The position numbers and the translations under genes are program-made. From the NCBI GenBank assembly GCA_951406725.2, contig OX597827.1, positions 23,064,001-23,128,000 of the forward strand: 64,000 nt of DNA, written 5' to 3'. Below, piece after piece: positions 1 to 12,134 of the stretch. This stretch comes from Octopus vulgaris. Taxonomy: Eukaryota. Below the pieces are notes generated by a model, which was not told the origin of the DNA, ran no database searches, and worked only from the letters and a program-made list of their open reading frames with translations. Position 1 is the first letter of the stretch. Each line of letters begins with the position of its first letter.

Positions 1-1444
1 GATTCAGAAATATGAAGAAATAGTTCCACCAAATACTTAGAATGATTTCAGTGTCACATTACATCACCACCACCACCACCACCATCACCACCACCACCAC
101 CACCACCACCACCATCACCATCATCATCGTCATCATCATCATCATCATCATTGTAATTATCATCACCCAGCAGTGGAGAGAATCCCTGCAAAGTTCCTTC
201 TCATTCTTACTATTAGCTGTCTTTCTGTCTGTGTATGTGGCACACACGTACATACATGCACGCGTATGTGTATGAGTGTGTTGATATGCATATATTATGC
301 ATAATTTTGTGTGAATTATAAGAACTGAAATAATTTGAATCTCATAATGCTCGGCTGTGGCTGAAGACTTTGATGTGCTGAAAAAAAAAAAAACTGTGGA
401 GTCTTCTGATTAACAATTTGCTGACTTCTTTATATAAATGTGTGTGTGTGTATATATGTATATATATATGTATATATATTGTGTGTGTGTGTGTATGTGT
501 TACATATATGAAGAGTGATTCAAAAGGACCGGAAGAATTTAAATGATGTGTAATTTGTCTTAGAATTTTGTTATTCTATATTTTTGACACTACTTTTGCA
601 ATTTTCTAAGGAATATCCTTTGAAATTCATATTTACATAATGCCAACATCTTCGGCACTATCTAACCTAAAGAAATGGTGTTTTTATACAAATTTACAGG
701 AGGTTACCTAATATGTAATATTATAGACTTTATATTTTGGAATAAACCATGCTATTGAAATGTGTGTAGCGATCTTTGAATTATTTTTTGTTTTTGTTTA
801 CTATTATAGAATATCTATATATTGAAAATATCTTTATTGTTTCATATATTTCAGAAAAATGTTATCATAAAAAATGGGAGAATATTCCGTGTCTAAAAGC
901 AACAAAATATAAATCTAATTCCACGCAAGTGTGCATGCATACCAAGTAGAAACAGTGGAGTGGTCTGTACAGCTAGCAGCATGAAGCGGAGGGGAGTAGG
1001 CCAGCTATCCTAGTATTCTTGAGTCACAGCAGTCACCAGGGTCTAGGAGGTGTGCAAATGAATGCATTAGGGAGTTGGTTGAAGGCTGCGGTGAAGGGAA
1101 GGAAGGGGGTAGATAGGATGGGAGACAAAGGTTTTATTAAACTCAACTCAGCTCAGTTCTTAGCTGGTTTATTAATGGTAAAGGAACTTAAGAATACTCT
1201 GTACATATATGCACATATACTGTATATATATATGTGTGTGTATGTGTGTGTATACATTTATACACATGTATATATATATATATATAATATTTTAAAATAG
1301 TGTACATTTAAACACAAAAGAAAACTACCTTTTAACAGGTAATTTTTACATGCTAGAAATAGCAGCCAACACGGCCAAAACCACGATATAATAGTAATTT
1401 TCGAAGTAAATAAAAAATAAAAACTTTTACCTTGTTATTTTTAT

Positions 1445-1481
<37 letters not shown>

Positions 1482-1686
1482 ATGCATGTACATATATTCA
1501 TCTTCTTTACAACATGGCCAGATGCTTGCTAGACATATAGGATGTACATGTGTACGTATATAAGTGAATATGCAGTCTACATAAGTGAAATATGTGTTTT
1601 TCCTTGACTCTCCGTTTCTGTGAACCAATGTTCCACAACAGATCATAGAGTTTCATCATTCCGCTTGAAATATTAAATGTCCTGAT
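1..1686 (-). other. Probable 3' UTR of the gene (end not determined)
   Basis: Follows the stop codon and lacks recognisable SINEs, unlike the introns. Several minus-strand AATAAA candidates (tttatt on + near 833, 1133, 1168, 1440). Confidence 0.5.
62..166. repeat. (CAC)n/(CAT)n trinucleotide microsatellite
   Basis: Seen directly; source of the poly-T/I/V/M ORFs. Confidence 0.95.
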
Positions 1687-1756
1687 TTATTCTTCTTCAT
1701 CATTATGTTCAGTGATGATGGTAGAAAGTTGTGGAACTGAATTTTTGCGCTGATTT
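1687..1756 (-). CDS. Terminal coding exon 4 (K-NQRKNSVPQLSTIITEHNDEEE-stop)
   Basis: Strong acceptor ttttctctttctctgttcttcag|A. AA+A=Lys completes the repeat EREDELK-NQR. TAA at 1689-1687. Not in the ORF track. Confidence 0.8.
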
Positions 1757-2111
1757 CTGAAGAACAGAGAAAGAGAAAATAACTATAAGATGGCAAAGAA
1801 AAAGAAAACACTTTAATGGTAGAGGTCCTAACACAGAACCAATTACAGACATTTCTGTCCCCGTAATTACACTAAGAATCACTATTTTTAGTAGCAAATA
1901 TGTTCCAGGCTCTGAAACCCAAAATGATGGGTTGACCCAAAACATTTTGGACTTCATTCTTTCACATCCATCACACACTCAAAATACTATTCCCAAATCG
2001 GTTGAACTGAAAACATGGCAACATCTGCAAGGCTCCCATTTGAGAAAGAGAACAAAGATATTCTTGAAAATGACTATTTATAAATCTCGCAGGAGATATT
2101 CAGCAACAGTA

Positions 2112-2352
2112 CTTTGGAGTAAAGATTGTTTACCAACATAACATTTCAGTCCTAGTTTAGGACGAATGTTGCTGTAATTTAGCCCCAGCAGACATTGTTT
2201 TGAGCTGTGTTGGGGCGCTTGTTTGAAATTATAAGGACACATATTGTGTCGTATAGCCAGCTGGAGACGATATCTCCTGGGCTAAATTACAGCAACATTC
2301 GTCCTAAACCAGGACTGCCATGTTATGTTGGCAAATAATCTTTACTCCAAAG
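2112..2352. mobile_element. Palindromic MITE-like element
   Basis: ~95-bp inverted arms (ctttggagtaaagattgttt...ttagccccag / ctgggctaaattacagc...tttactccaaag). Second copy at 21380-21660. Confidence 0.8.
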
Positions 2353-2779
2353 ATATTCTTGTACATCACATAACTCACCTACCTCTCAAATAGCAAGTCA
2401 GTCATATTGGTCTCTAACCTTAAGCATTTCCATTGTCTGAGTAACTTTTCTCCCCATCTTTACTCCCCAAAGAAGCTCTAAATTTGATAAGTTCTTTGCT
2501 CAACTATTACTGTGAATGTGGAAGCCAGAAGAGATTTGGATCCCATTACAAGTCTTATCAAGAAGTCAGTGGTTTGAGAGAGTTTTTGTTGCTATTTCCT
2601 GCAGACTGAGTGGCTGCCTAGAGGCATTATGTACGCAGAACTGCTGCAGTGAAAGATCCATTTACTACCAGCTACACTTCAAGCAGTACTCATTCAACAA
2701 AACTCTCGTTCTTCTCTCGACCAATCTTACCATCATTTATGTTGATATGCCGAGTGTAAGTCTGCCTCCAAGAAATTAT

Positions 2780-4100
2780 TATCCTTAAATATTGCACTCA
2801 AGGGCAAACTCTTATTCTTGCCAAACTCTTCAATAGATCTCTCCATACAGACATCTATTCCAATCTTTGGAAATATTCCACAGTGTTTTCAACTCCCTAG
2901 GAGAGCATCGACCTATAACCTTCTCTTCTGACATCTGAAAAATGGCGCTGTGTGGTTAAGGAGTTTCCTTCCAAACCACATGGTTCTGGCTTCTGTCTCA
3001 CTGTGTGGCACTTTGGCTGAGAGTCTTCTAATGTAATCTCAGGCTGACCAAAGTCTTGTGAGTGGATTCGGTAGACAGAAACTGAAAGAAGCTTGTCATT
3101 CATATGCATATGTGTGTGTGTGTGTGTGTGCATGTGTGTCTTTGTGTTTGTCTCCCACCACCACCACCACCACCACCACCACTTGACAACTGTTGGTGTG
3201 TCTCTCTAACTTAGCGGTTCAGCAAAAGAGACTGACAGAATAAGTACTCGGCTTTAAAAAAATAAGTATTGGGGCTGATTCATTCAACTAAAAATTCTTC
3301 AAGGCAGTGCCCCAGTATGGTCGCAGTCTAATGACCGAAACAAAAGAAAGCCATCATACTATTCACTTTATTCAGTAGTGAAGGCATGTGGCTTTGTGAT
3401 TTGAGTGAAAGGTCATAAAGTTTGATTCTGAGACTGGGTGCTGTATTATATCTTTGCAAAAGGCTCTGTATTTCATGTTGCTCCAGTGTAATAAGCTGAA
3501 AACGAGTCCAAATTGTAGCTTTGAGTTAGCCTTGTGATAAAACTGGCATCCAGGCTAGGAGATTGTTGCACTTCTAACTGCTTTGTATGCGTCAAGAACT
3601 GGGATAATTGAAGCTCAAGGCTTAAGACCGATTATCTCTGTTAACTCACTACTTTGAGTCACTCTTTCTCCTCAGTGATCACCAATATGGCTTCAATAAA
3701 TCAAGATCTACCACGAACCTGTGTTACTCTGAAATGATGTTGTACCTTTCAGAAATTTGGTGGGAACAATATCAGAGCATTTGGCACCAGTAGAGCATTT
3801 GATCTGGCATGTAAAACTTCTGGCTAAGCCACCTGCTTATGGGTTTAATCCATTGATCATTTCATAAATTAGAAACTTCTGGTCAGATGTCATGGAGTGT
3901 GTACGGATAGATTTCCCTCTGTGACTCACCCTCTCTCAACTCTGGTGTGTCTTTAATTTTTTGGTATTCTCCAGACTCAAGTACTTGTATTTAAATAAAC
4001 AGCTTGCTGTCCATTCCAGCAATGTTTACTCCTATTTAGATCCTCTCACCATTCAGCCTTCCTTCATCTTCAACAGACACATGCACTATCCACATGCAAC
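2780..4100 (+). mobile_element. Degraded CR1/Jockey-group LINE reverse transcriptase remnant, interrupted by SINEs
   Basis: Translatable patches ILAKLFNRSLHTDIYSNLWKYSTV (~2815), LLSDHQYGFNKSRST (~3668), WHVKLLAKPPAYGF (~3806) and SYLDPLT, a decayed YADD region (~4030). Confidence 0.6.
2942..3350 (+). mobile_element. tRNA-derived CORE-like SINE (family B)
   Basis: tRNA-like head, ggcac(c/t)ttgg CORE-like segment, gtggatt.ggtagacagaaactgaaagaagc block, internal (TG)n and tail cagtatggtcgcagtctaatgac. More than 15 copies in the window. Confidence 0.8.
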
Positions 4101-4130
4101 CAGGACATATCATGTTAAGTCTTGCCTGCT

Positions 4131-4297
4131 TATGAGGGGGTGAGGAAAGTTCCTGGCTTTAAGGGTATCATGAAAGGTCAAGTTCTTTTACAGGGTTTAG
4201 AAAAACTGAAGGACCACTGCAATAAGTGTATGAATCCGAGAGGGGAATATGTTGAATAAGATCATAATTAACTTTTTCTTTTATTTTCTTTTACCCA
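4131..4297 (+). mobile_element. Non-autonomous mariner fragment
   Basis: Mariner-type terminus tgagggggtgaggaaagttcctggc joined to transposase C-terminus EKLKDHCNKCMNPRGEYVE-stop. Confidence 0.6.
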
Positions 4298-4706
4298 ATC
4301 GTCATCGTCATCATCAGTGAAGGCAATGGAATCTCTGTCATCATCAGTTTTATCTTTGTTTTTACAATTGCTAGCATGAGTTGAATGAGACTTGTTGAAG
4401 TATTATTTTGTGGCTTAGAACATGCTAGGCATAAACAAGTGCCACCCCCCCACCATTAATAAACTGCAGTCTCTCTTGTTGTCCGTATTGTGTTTTACTG
4501 CTGTTCTCTGCACTAACCACTTCACCCAATCCTTCCTCCCCTGTAATGTTAGTCAGCTCAAATTACCTTCACACCCACACATACCCTGTACATGTTAACT
4601 TACAGTTGCTTAAACTGAGCGTCAATTACATCAATGTGATCAGCCCAAGAGAATCTGCTCCTTCCTTGTGACTGAACTATATATATATTTACACATTATA
4701 TTTATG

Positions 4707-4738
<32 letters not shown>

Positions 4739-4769
4739 TATATACATTATATATATTAAGTGTATGTGT

Positions 4770-5136
4770 ATCGGAGACCCCCTTTGGTCATGAATGACCA
4801 TAAGATTGCGCCTAAGAAGTTACCCTCCGAGGCACAAGTCCGGGCAAGGTTGCTTTGTGGAAGGCCAGCAGTCGCCCATGCATACCAGCCTCCCCTCTCC
4901 ACACCACCGATGTTATCCAAGAGAAAAGCAAAGGCCGATACAGCTTGGCACCTGTGACATTGCAACTTATTTCCACAGCTGAGTGAACTGGAGAAACATG
5001 AAATTTTTTTCTTTTTCTTTCTGCAAACATGAATTGGAGAAACATGTTTTGCTCAAGAACACAACACACAGCCCAGTCCGGGATTCGAATTCACAACCTC
5101 ACAATTGTAAGTTTGATGCTCTAATCACTGAGCCAT
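4770..5136 (-). mobile_element. tRNA-derived CORE-type SINE (family D)
   Basis: Minus-strand A box tggctcagtgatt, B box gaattcgaatccc, then tgtgttcttgagcaa. Related heads near 3384, 25740-25830 and 31020-31130. Confidence 0.7.
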
Positions 5137-5158
5137 GTATGTGCATATATATATATAT

Positions 5159-5622
5159 AGACCCGACAAATGAAGTGAGTCCATGCTTGCAGGACAGCCT
5201 GCTGCGCTAACCTTGGATCGTAGAGTGACCCACTGTTCTTGAGGAGACCTGTTGAGTCAAGTTCGTCAACATCAAAAAATTCGAATGGAAATTATAGTTA
5301 AGACACCCGTACCGGTGACACGTAAAAGCACCGTTCGAGCGTGGTAGTTACTAGCATCGCCTGACTGGTGTCTGTGTCGGTGACACGTAAAAGCACCAAC
5401 CGATCGTGGCTGTTTGCCAGCCTGCTCTGGCTCCTGTGCCGGTGACACCTAAAAAATACCCACTACACTCATGGAGTGGTTGGCGTTAGGAAGGGCATCC
5501 AGCTGTAGAAACACTGCCAAATCAGACTGGAGCCTGGTGCAGTCTCCATGGCTTACCAGACCCTGGTCGAACCGTCCAACCCATGCTAGAATGGAAAATA
5601 GATGTTAAATGATGATGATGAT
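5159..5622 (+). mobile_element. RTE-LINE 3' UTR fragment (family C) with (GAT)n tail
   Basis: Tandem gccggtg(a/g)cacgtaaaagcacc units, ggttggcgttaggaagggcatccagctgtagaaa block and ttaaatgatgatgat tail. About 15 copies in the window. Confidence 0.75.
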
Positions 5623-5640
5623 AATATATATATATATATA

Positions 5641-5893
5641 CCAGAGTAAGCACATAAATGTGAAACAAGGTGGGAAAAAATAGTACTCGAATACCGGAGG
5701 TAGAGTAATACATTTTATTATTAGAGCTGCATAAACATTACGAAAATATCATAAAAAATTGCTACTTAGACTTTCATGTTCTCGTGCATTGGGCAGTTGT
5801 TATCGTGTCTGACAAACGGGAACATGAAACTCTGAGTAGCAGTTTTTTAATGATATTTTTGTAATGTTATTGCAGCTTTAATAATAAAGTATG
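5641..5893. mobile_element. Penelope-like fold-back fragment containing a degenerate hammerhead motif
   Basis: Inverted arms ~5712-5785 / 5816-5890. The + strand at 5806-5841 reads tgt-CTGACAA-acgggaacat-GAAACTCTGAGTA-gca. Confidence 0.55.
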
Positions 5894-5947
5894 TGTGTGT
5901 GTGTGTGTGTGTGTATGTATAGGAAAGGAATATGAGAGTTAACTTAC

Positions 5948-7062
5948 TTTAATTCATCTTCCCTTTCTTTCATTTCTCGTAATTCCTGTTCAATAAGGCT
6001 GCCGGCATTGCTCTTAACTTCTCGGTATGAAAATGTAGTCGACACTTTTGGCTTCTGAATTTTAAAATTAGGGCCAGTAGATTTTTGTGGCTCCACTGAT
6101 GTTGCTACTGTGCTAGGACCATCAACACAATCTGTATCTTCTGGGACACTGTCTACTGAAGCTACAGATGACTTTCTAACAGTTGTGAAGTTTCGTTTCG
6201 GAGTGACGGGGGACACCTCTCTGTATCTTATCTGTTCCCCCATTCGATCCACTGAAGTTGTGTTTATTCGCCCACTGTCTCGCAAACTCACTTCTCGTTT
6301 GACCTCCTTCTTTATTTCCTCCTGAAGACGGCTTGAAGCAATTTTCTTCATTGTGACGCCTTTGTCAGTGTTGTTCTTTAATGAAAATTTTGGTTTCACT
6401 GATACCTGGCTCTTTTTATCTTTGCTCACCACAACAGAGGGCTTTTTCTCAACAGGGACCCCCTTATCAAGTCTGAACTGCATTTCTCGTTCCTGTGCCA
6501 GACGGATTTCTCTTTCAATTGGTGTCTCAAATGGATTTACTGTTGCTGCTGCTGCTGCTGCTTCTGTGCTGTTCTCAACATTACCATTGACCTTATCACT
6601 CTCACATGACACTGATGCAACCTCAGTAACCTTCTCTTCCACTGTACACTCATTGACAACATTCTCTGTTGGTTCTTCATCTGCCATTTTCATTTCAATC
6701 AAACTCTGTCGCATGCATTTCAGTTCTGCCTCCCGTTGTCTGATTTCTTGGAGTTCTTGAGCGATTTTGCTCGTAGGAGGGATTCGTAAAGGAGAACCAA
6801 GTTTTTCTTTTGGTGGTTCATTCACAGGTTTGTCAGAGCTCAAGGTGGAACTATATACACAGTCAAAGTCAGCAGAATCAGTCTTATCTGTGTTGTTGTT
6901 GTTGCTGTTGTTGTTGCTGTTGTTGTTGTTGTTATTGTCATTGCTATCAGTTTTGTTGTCGTCGGAGTTGCTGGATCTTCGAGCAAAATTTTTTTCTTTT
7001 TCTTTCTGCAAACGTATTTCTGTCTGGACCACAGTTTCTCTGTATTCCACTGGTGCCTTCCT
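5948..7062 (-). CDS. Coding exon 3 of the MISP/AKAP2-like protein
   Basis: Acceptor ttttctctttgattctag|AGG (phase 0, matches exon 2). 1115-nt open frame containing ETPIEREIRLAQERE and LIEQELREMKEREDEL. Donor AA|GTAAGT (phase 2); the ORF-track stop at 5944-5946 lies inside this donor. Confidence 0.9.
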
Positions 7063-8479
7063 CTAGAATCAAAGAGAAAAACACAGATCAAAACTCATGT
7101 AACCACATTACACATAAATGCACAAACACACACACACACACAATTATATATAATAATAAATTGCAAAGACAGCATCAGCCCTTATAATTTCTCTCACCAT
7201 CACTTGCTACAGCCACCTCTTTTCCATCTCTAAACATCTCCCCTCATACTTTTATCAAACATTCCCCCTCAATCTCCTCTGTACCACTTATATTCATCTC
7301 CATTATACTCTATGGGTAGGTCCTGATTCATCTCCACCACCATTGATTTCTCTCTCTCCTTCTCTGTCCCTTTGTCTTTCTGCCTAACTCTATTTCTCTT
7401 TCCTCTCCTTTATTTTCCTACGAGGTGGAGGTGGGGTTGGCCAAATAAGATAACCAAGTCTGTCCTTCTATTATAGTTTAATCTCTCATCTGACACAAAG
7501 CCACCTCCCTCAGTACCATGATTGCTCTCAGCCAAGGGGGCCTTTGTCTTACAAGTTACTTGGCAACCCCACTGGTGTTGGTGCCATGCAAAAAGCATCA
7601 GAGCCAGTACTACATGAAAAGCACCCAGCAACACTCTGTAAGGTGGTTGGCATTAGGAAAGGCATCCTGCCATAGAAACCGTGCCATTGAAACCCCTGGT
7701 GCCGGCTCCTGTGAACCCATCCACACCCATGACTGTTAATGATGATGATGATGATGATGATGTGTATGGAAATCATATACGAAGTGTTTAATTAATATAT
7801 AATTAATTTTGCTGTAAAACTATAACCTGTAGAGTTCTGATGAGTATATCTAATTATGTAAAACATGACTTATTCTTTTCTAATCTAGGCACAAGGCTTG
7901 AAATTTTTAGAGAGGAGACCAGTTGATTAGACTGACCCCAGTACGCAACTGGCACTTAATTTATTGACCCTGAAAGGATGAAAGGCAAAGTCGACCTTGG
8001 AAAACATAATTTACTGGAAGAGTAATGAAACTTACATAATCGTACAAAGTGTGTAGCTGGGATTCAGCAGCAGAAATACTGACGCTTGTATTTATGAATA
8101 TATATGTGATTGTTTAGTTTTGGAATGACATTGTAGGGTCTTATGACTGAAGCAGAAGATAAAAGAGAGAGAGAGAGGGAGTAGTGTTGTGTGTGGTAAG
8201 GTCTAAGATTGGTACACTTTGAACGTGTTCTGTTCTCGATACAAGAATTCCACAGAAGTCCACCAAAGATTTTCTCTTTTACCAAAATTTTAGATTTCAC
8301 CCATGTTGATGTCATGTAAAAAGCACTGGTGCTGGGGCCACATAAAAGCACCCCCGTGTTAGGAAGGATATCCAGCCATAAAAACTATACCAAAATAGAC
8401 CACAGGAGCCTGGTGCAGCTCTCCAGCCATGCCTGTTCCTGTCAAATTGTCCAACCCATGCCAGCATGGAAAATGGACA

Positions 8480-9806
8480 TTATCGTGCCAATAACATTAT
8501 AAATGATTTTAGCAACAATGTCATGTCACATAGGAAGATTATACCTTGCAGGTACTTTTAGTAAGCAGCTGATAATAAAGCTGTGGTGCTATCAGCACTC
8601 GTATGGCACAATCAACATTTTTATCACAGAGACGTTTGGAAGTCTCCATATCTCTTTTATTGATTAGGAAATGAGGAGCTGTCTCTTACTCCTGAATATC
8701 AAAGCCATATCCTTCTTAGTGAGTTGCAATGTATCTATAACAGATCCCTGCTTCTCCTATTAATGTTCCTGGTATTCTCTGATTTACGGGATATCCAACT
8801 TTCTGCTGGTATGGTGAGTGTTTTTCTATTTATGTTAGTTTCATTCACTTACCCTTGCATCCTAGGCATGCTTGTATGTTTTCTTGGTTTTATATTTTAG
8901 AATTTCTCACCAACAGAGCAAGATTTTAGTCTGGAAACAAAGCTTTTTCATTGAATTTGGGAAAACGTTAAGTAGTCTTGTGTGTGTGTGTGTGTGTGTG
9001 TGAATGTGCGTTCATTAGCTATCCTAAGTATGTTGTTTGGTGGCGAGCTAGCAGAAACGTTAGCACGCCGGGCGAAATGCGTAGCCATATATCGTCTGTC
9101 TTTATGTTCTGAGTTCAAATTCCGCCGAGGTTGACGTTGCCTTTCATCCTTTCGGGGTCGATAAATAAAGTACCAGTTTCGCACTGGGGTCGATGTAATC
9201 GACTTAATCCCTTTGTCTGTCCTTGTTTGTCCCCTCTATGTTTAGCCCCTTGTGGGTAGTAAAGAAATATATGTTGTTGACTTTGTGGTCATAGTCTTGG
9301 TCAAGTTAGTTACTGGTTTGTTTCTTCTGCTAGAGATATTGCTTCAGTGTCAGTCTGTGCTTCATATGTCATTTATACTTATTCGAGACCAAGGCTACTC
9401 CTTGCACAGGAAGTGTAGCCTGTCTACATCTGCATTGATGCTGAAGTTTCCAGTATCACCGAGCATCTGGCACGAGTTCATGCATCTATCTCATTGAGTT
9501 TCTCCAGTGACCAGTTCAGAAGGCCAGATGTGGGTGTGAGGAGGGACACTACAAAGGTGTTGTGAGCAAATTGCTTGTAAGCTGAGAGTACAGGTGACCA
9601 TATTTTTTTAACTCTCTTAAAGCACTCAATCCTCGTCCTCCCATATTGATGGGGCCATCATAGCTGAGATTCGGTCCATCATAGCTGAGATTCTCATCCT
9701 GTTCAAGGTCCTTGTAACTTTCCCCAGAAAGTGAAGACTGTATTTGTAGATTATTCATTTTAATGTCTTGAATGCAGCCACAAGTTTGTCCAAGTTTTAC
9801 CACCAA
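8480..9806 (-). mobile_element. Degraded R4/Dong-like non-LTR retrotransposon (restriction-like endonuclease clade)
   Basis: Minus-strand patches GESYKDLEQDEN (YKYLG region), GNFSINADVDRLHF, EGYGFDIQE, and CCHC knuckle region KC*LCH...ARYNLPM*HDIVAKIIYN. Stops and frameshifts throughout; interrupted by a SINE at 9042. Confidence 0.65.
9042..9270 (+). mobile_element. tRNA-derived SINE with Deu/Nin-type domain (family A)
   Basis: ggcgagctagcagaaacgttagc head, B box gagttcaaattcc, gcctttcatcctttcggggtcgataaataaagtaccag domain. Apparent TSD tatgttgtt. Confidence 0.85.
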
Positions 9807-10399
9807 AAACGCACATTATGCTTGTATGTAAGAATATTAACATGGATGCATGTACGTGTGTGCACGGCCATAGCTGTCATTATATGTGTGCACCTGTGTA
9901 TTTCAACTTACATATACATATACAAACATATGTTTACACATTTACATGTGTGTGCCTATTATTGTTACTTGCTAAACTTTTAAACTGTTTTGTATATTTT
10001 CACAGTTCCTTTGATGGCTTGTAGTTGTAATTTCTTAATTAGTTGTGTTTTTTGCTATTTTGTGAATGAAGCCTAACGTCTAAAAGTTTGTTGCTGGGGC
10101 AGTTAATTACATTACCAATTGCCCCTAATAATTACAGACTTAAATACTCAGCTGGAGGAATTGCAGATTCCTTATCAGTTTGGCATTTAATTTTTCTTTT
10201 TCATTAATCTTTAAAATTATGTTAATGACTGCAGAGTAACTGATTTCCAAAACTGTTCTGCACAATGTCTTTTCTTTGCCTCAAATCAATATACCTGATT
10301 CTTTATATTATATCCTAGTCTTGTATATATGTATATATGTCTGTTTGTAATGTGTCTATATTTATAAAGATATGTGTCTGTGCATATATTTGGTATATG

Positions 10400-10549
10400 T
10401 GTTTCTCTCCTTGTTTATTTCTGTGTTCCTTTCTGCTGAAGAGCGTAGGCTCGAAACGTAAAGGATTTTCTCAATTCCCGAGCATTAAACTAATACATCT
10501 GTTTGTTGTTTACACACCCGCCTTCGTCTTTTGTATTTTTCATAAATTC

Positions 10550-10555
<6 letters not shown>
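10400..10555 (+). mobile_element. Short Penelope-like pLTR fragment (family F) with hammerhead-like core
   Basis: CTGAAGA-gcgtaggctc-GAAACGTA at 10436-10460. Homologous minus-strand copies at ~29575-29776 and ~46965-47128. Confidence 0.55.
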
Positions 10556-10597
<42 letters not shown>

Positions 10598-11139
10598 TGT
10601 TCAGGTCTTATTATGCTCAACTTTGTCTCTCATTCTTTCACGTTCAGCAAATTACCTGTCCAGAACTGGTGTTGGTTTCCCGTCTCTCTCTCTCTCTCTC
10701 TCACCTCTCCCTCTCTCTCCTTCTCCTTGTCTCACTGCATCATGCTGATTTAGCCTGAGAGAACCACGTTAAGGGTACACACACCTGTGGAATACTCTGC
10801 CACAGTCAGAAATTCAGTTTTATCGAATGACAGAATGTTTATCACTAAGACTGACAGAGAATCCACTTGTGTGTATGTGAATGATTGTGTTGTTGTGTAG
10901 ATGTGTGTCTGCATATCTGTTAGTGTATGTATTATATATAAGGAGGGAAATGGCAGAGAGAGAGAGAGGTGGGGGCAGGGAGAGAGTAAAAAGAGAGACA
11001 GGTTTCCTTAAAAAAAATCCAGAAATATGAAAGAGCGAAATTTCTTATTTGTGAATGCAATATAATAGTGATATAAATGAAATAAATGATGATGATGATG
11101 ATGATGATGATGACGATGACGAGGAGGAGGAGGAGGGAA

Positions 11140-11417
11140 TAATTAACCTCTGGAAACATGGGTGTTTTGTTCATCATCCTTAACCAAACCTTATCCAGGG
11201 ATCTTTTGAGCAGGGTGGGCTACTCAACCTGAAGAAAATTCTAACTGAGCCCCCACCTGCAAGGTCATGCACTGTGTATCTTGATATAAGGTCACCATGT
11301 CGCACATGTGCTTGGTGTACCCTCATTAGACGGGTAGTCATGATGAGTATACTGGGCTTCGTATATTTTACCCCTGTGTCACTTTGATGGCATGAACTGT
11401 TCTCTCACTCAATAATG

Positions 11418-11474
<57 letters not shown>

Positions 11475-11500
11475 TTAATAATAATACTAATAATAATAAT
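11140..11500 (+). mobile_element. 5'-truncated copy of a (TAA)n-tailed non-coding retroposon (family G)
   Basis: Reverse-complement match to 18731-19015; ends ctctcactc(aat)n. Confidence 0.75.
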
Positions 11501-11602
11501 CCTACATAAAACACTTTCAATACAGTGAAAATAAGAGACCCACAACAAACCACAGCAAATACCTAAGAACAGTGAAAGCAATTGATAAAAATATGACTAC
11601 TG

Positions 11603-11641
<39 letters not shown>

Positions 11642-12134
11642 GAATAGTATATTTATAATTGATAGTATGAATTATTTATGTTGCATAATATGAACAATAA
11701 TTTGTTGGAGATGAGAAAGAGTAAGCAGGGATGGTCATTTATGGAATTCTGTATATTGTTAGAATATGGAAACCAGTCAGAACAAGGAAGAAAGAATAAA
11801 AGAGGGACAGTGAAAGGGTGAGGAGAAAGTAAGCGAAGAAGGAAAGAAAAGGATACATACAGATGCATATACACATGCATGCAGACACACATACATTCAT
11901 ACATGCATATAGACATGCATACATTTACATACATACACACATGCATGCATACATATACCCATTCACACACACACACACACACATACATGCATGCATGCAT
12001 GCACATGTATACAACCATGTAGGTGCAGACATGGCTATATGGTGGAGAGGTTCACTTTCGAGCCCTGTTTATTCAGGTTCAGTTCCACTGCATGGCATCT
12101 CAGGCAAGTGTCTTCTACTATAGCCCAGGTATCT

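Noticed and set aside
6110-7187. Plus-strand ORFs (71-135 aa, poly-L/poly-C)
   Set aside because: Antisense shadows of exon 3 and its (AAC)n tract.
7830-7870. CTGATGA hammerhead-like start
   Set aside because: No GAAA and no stem I/III pairing; at best a dead relic.
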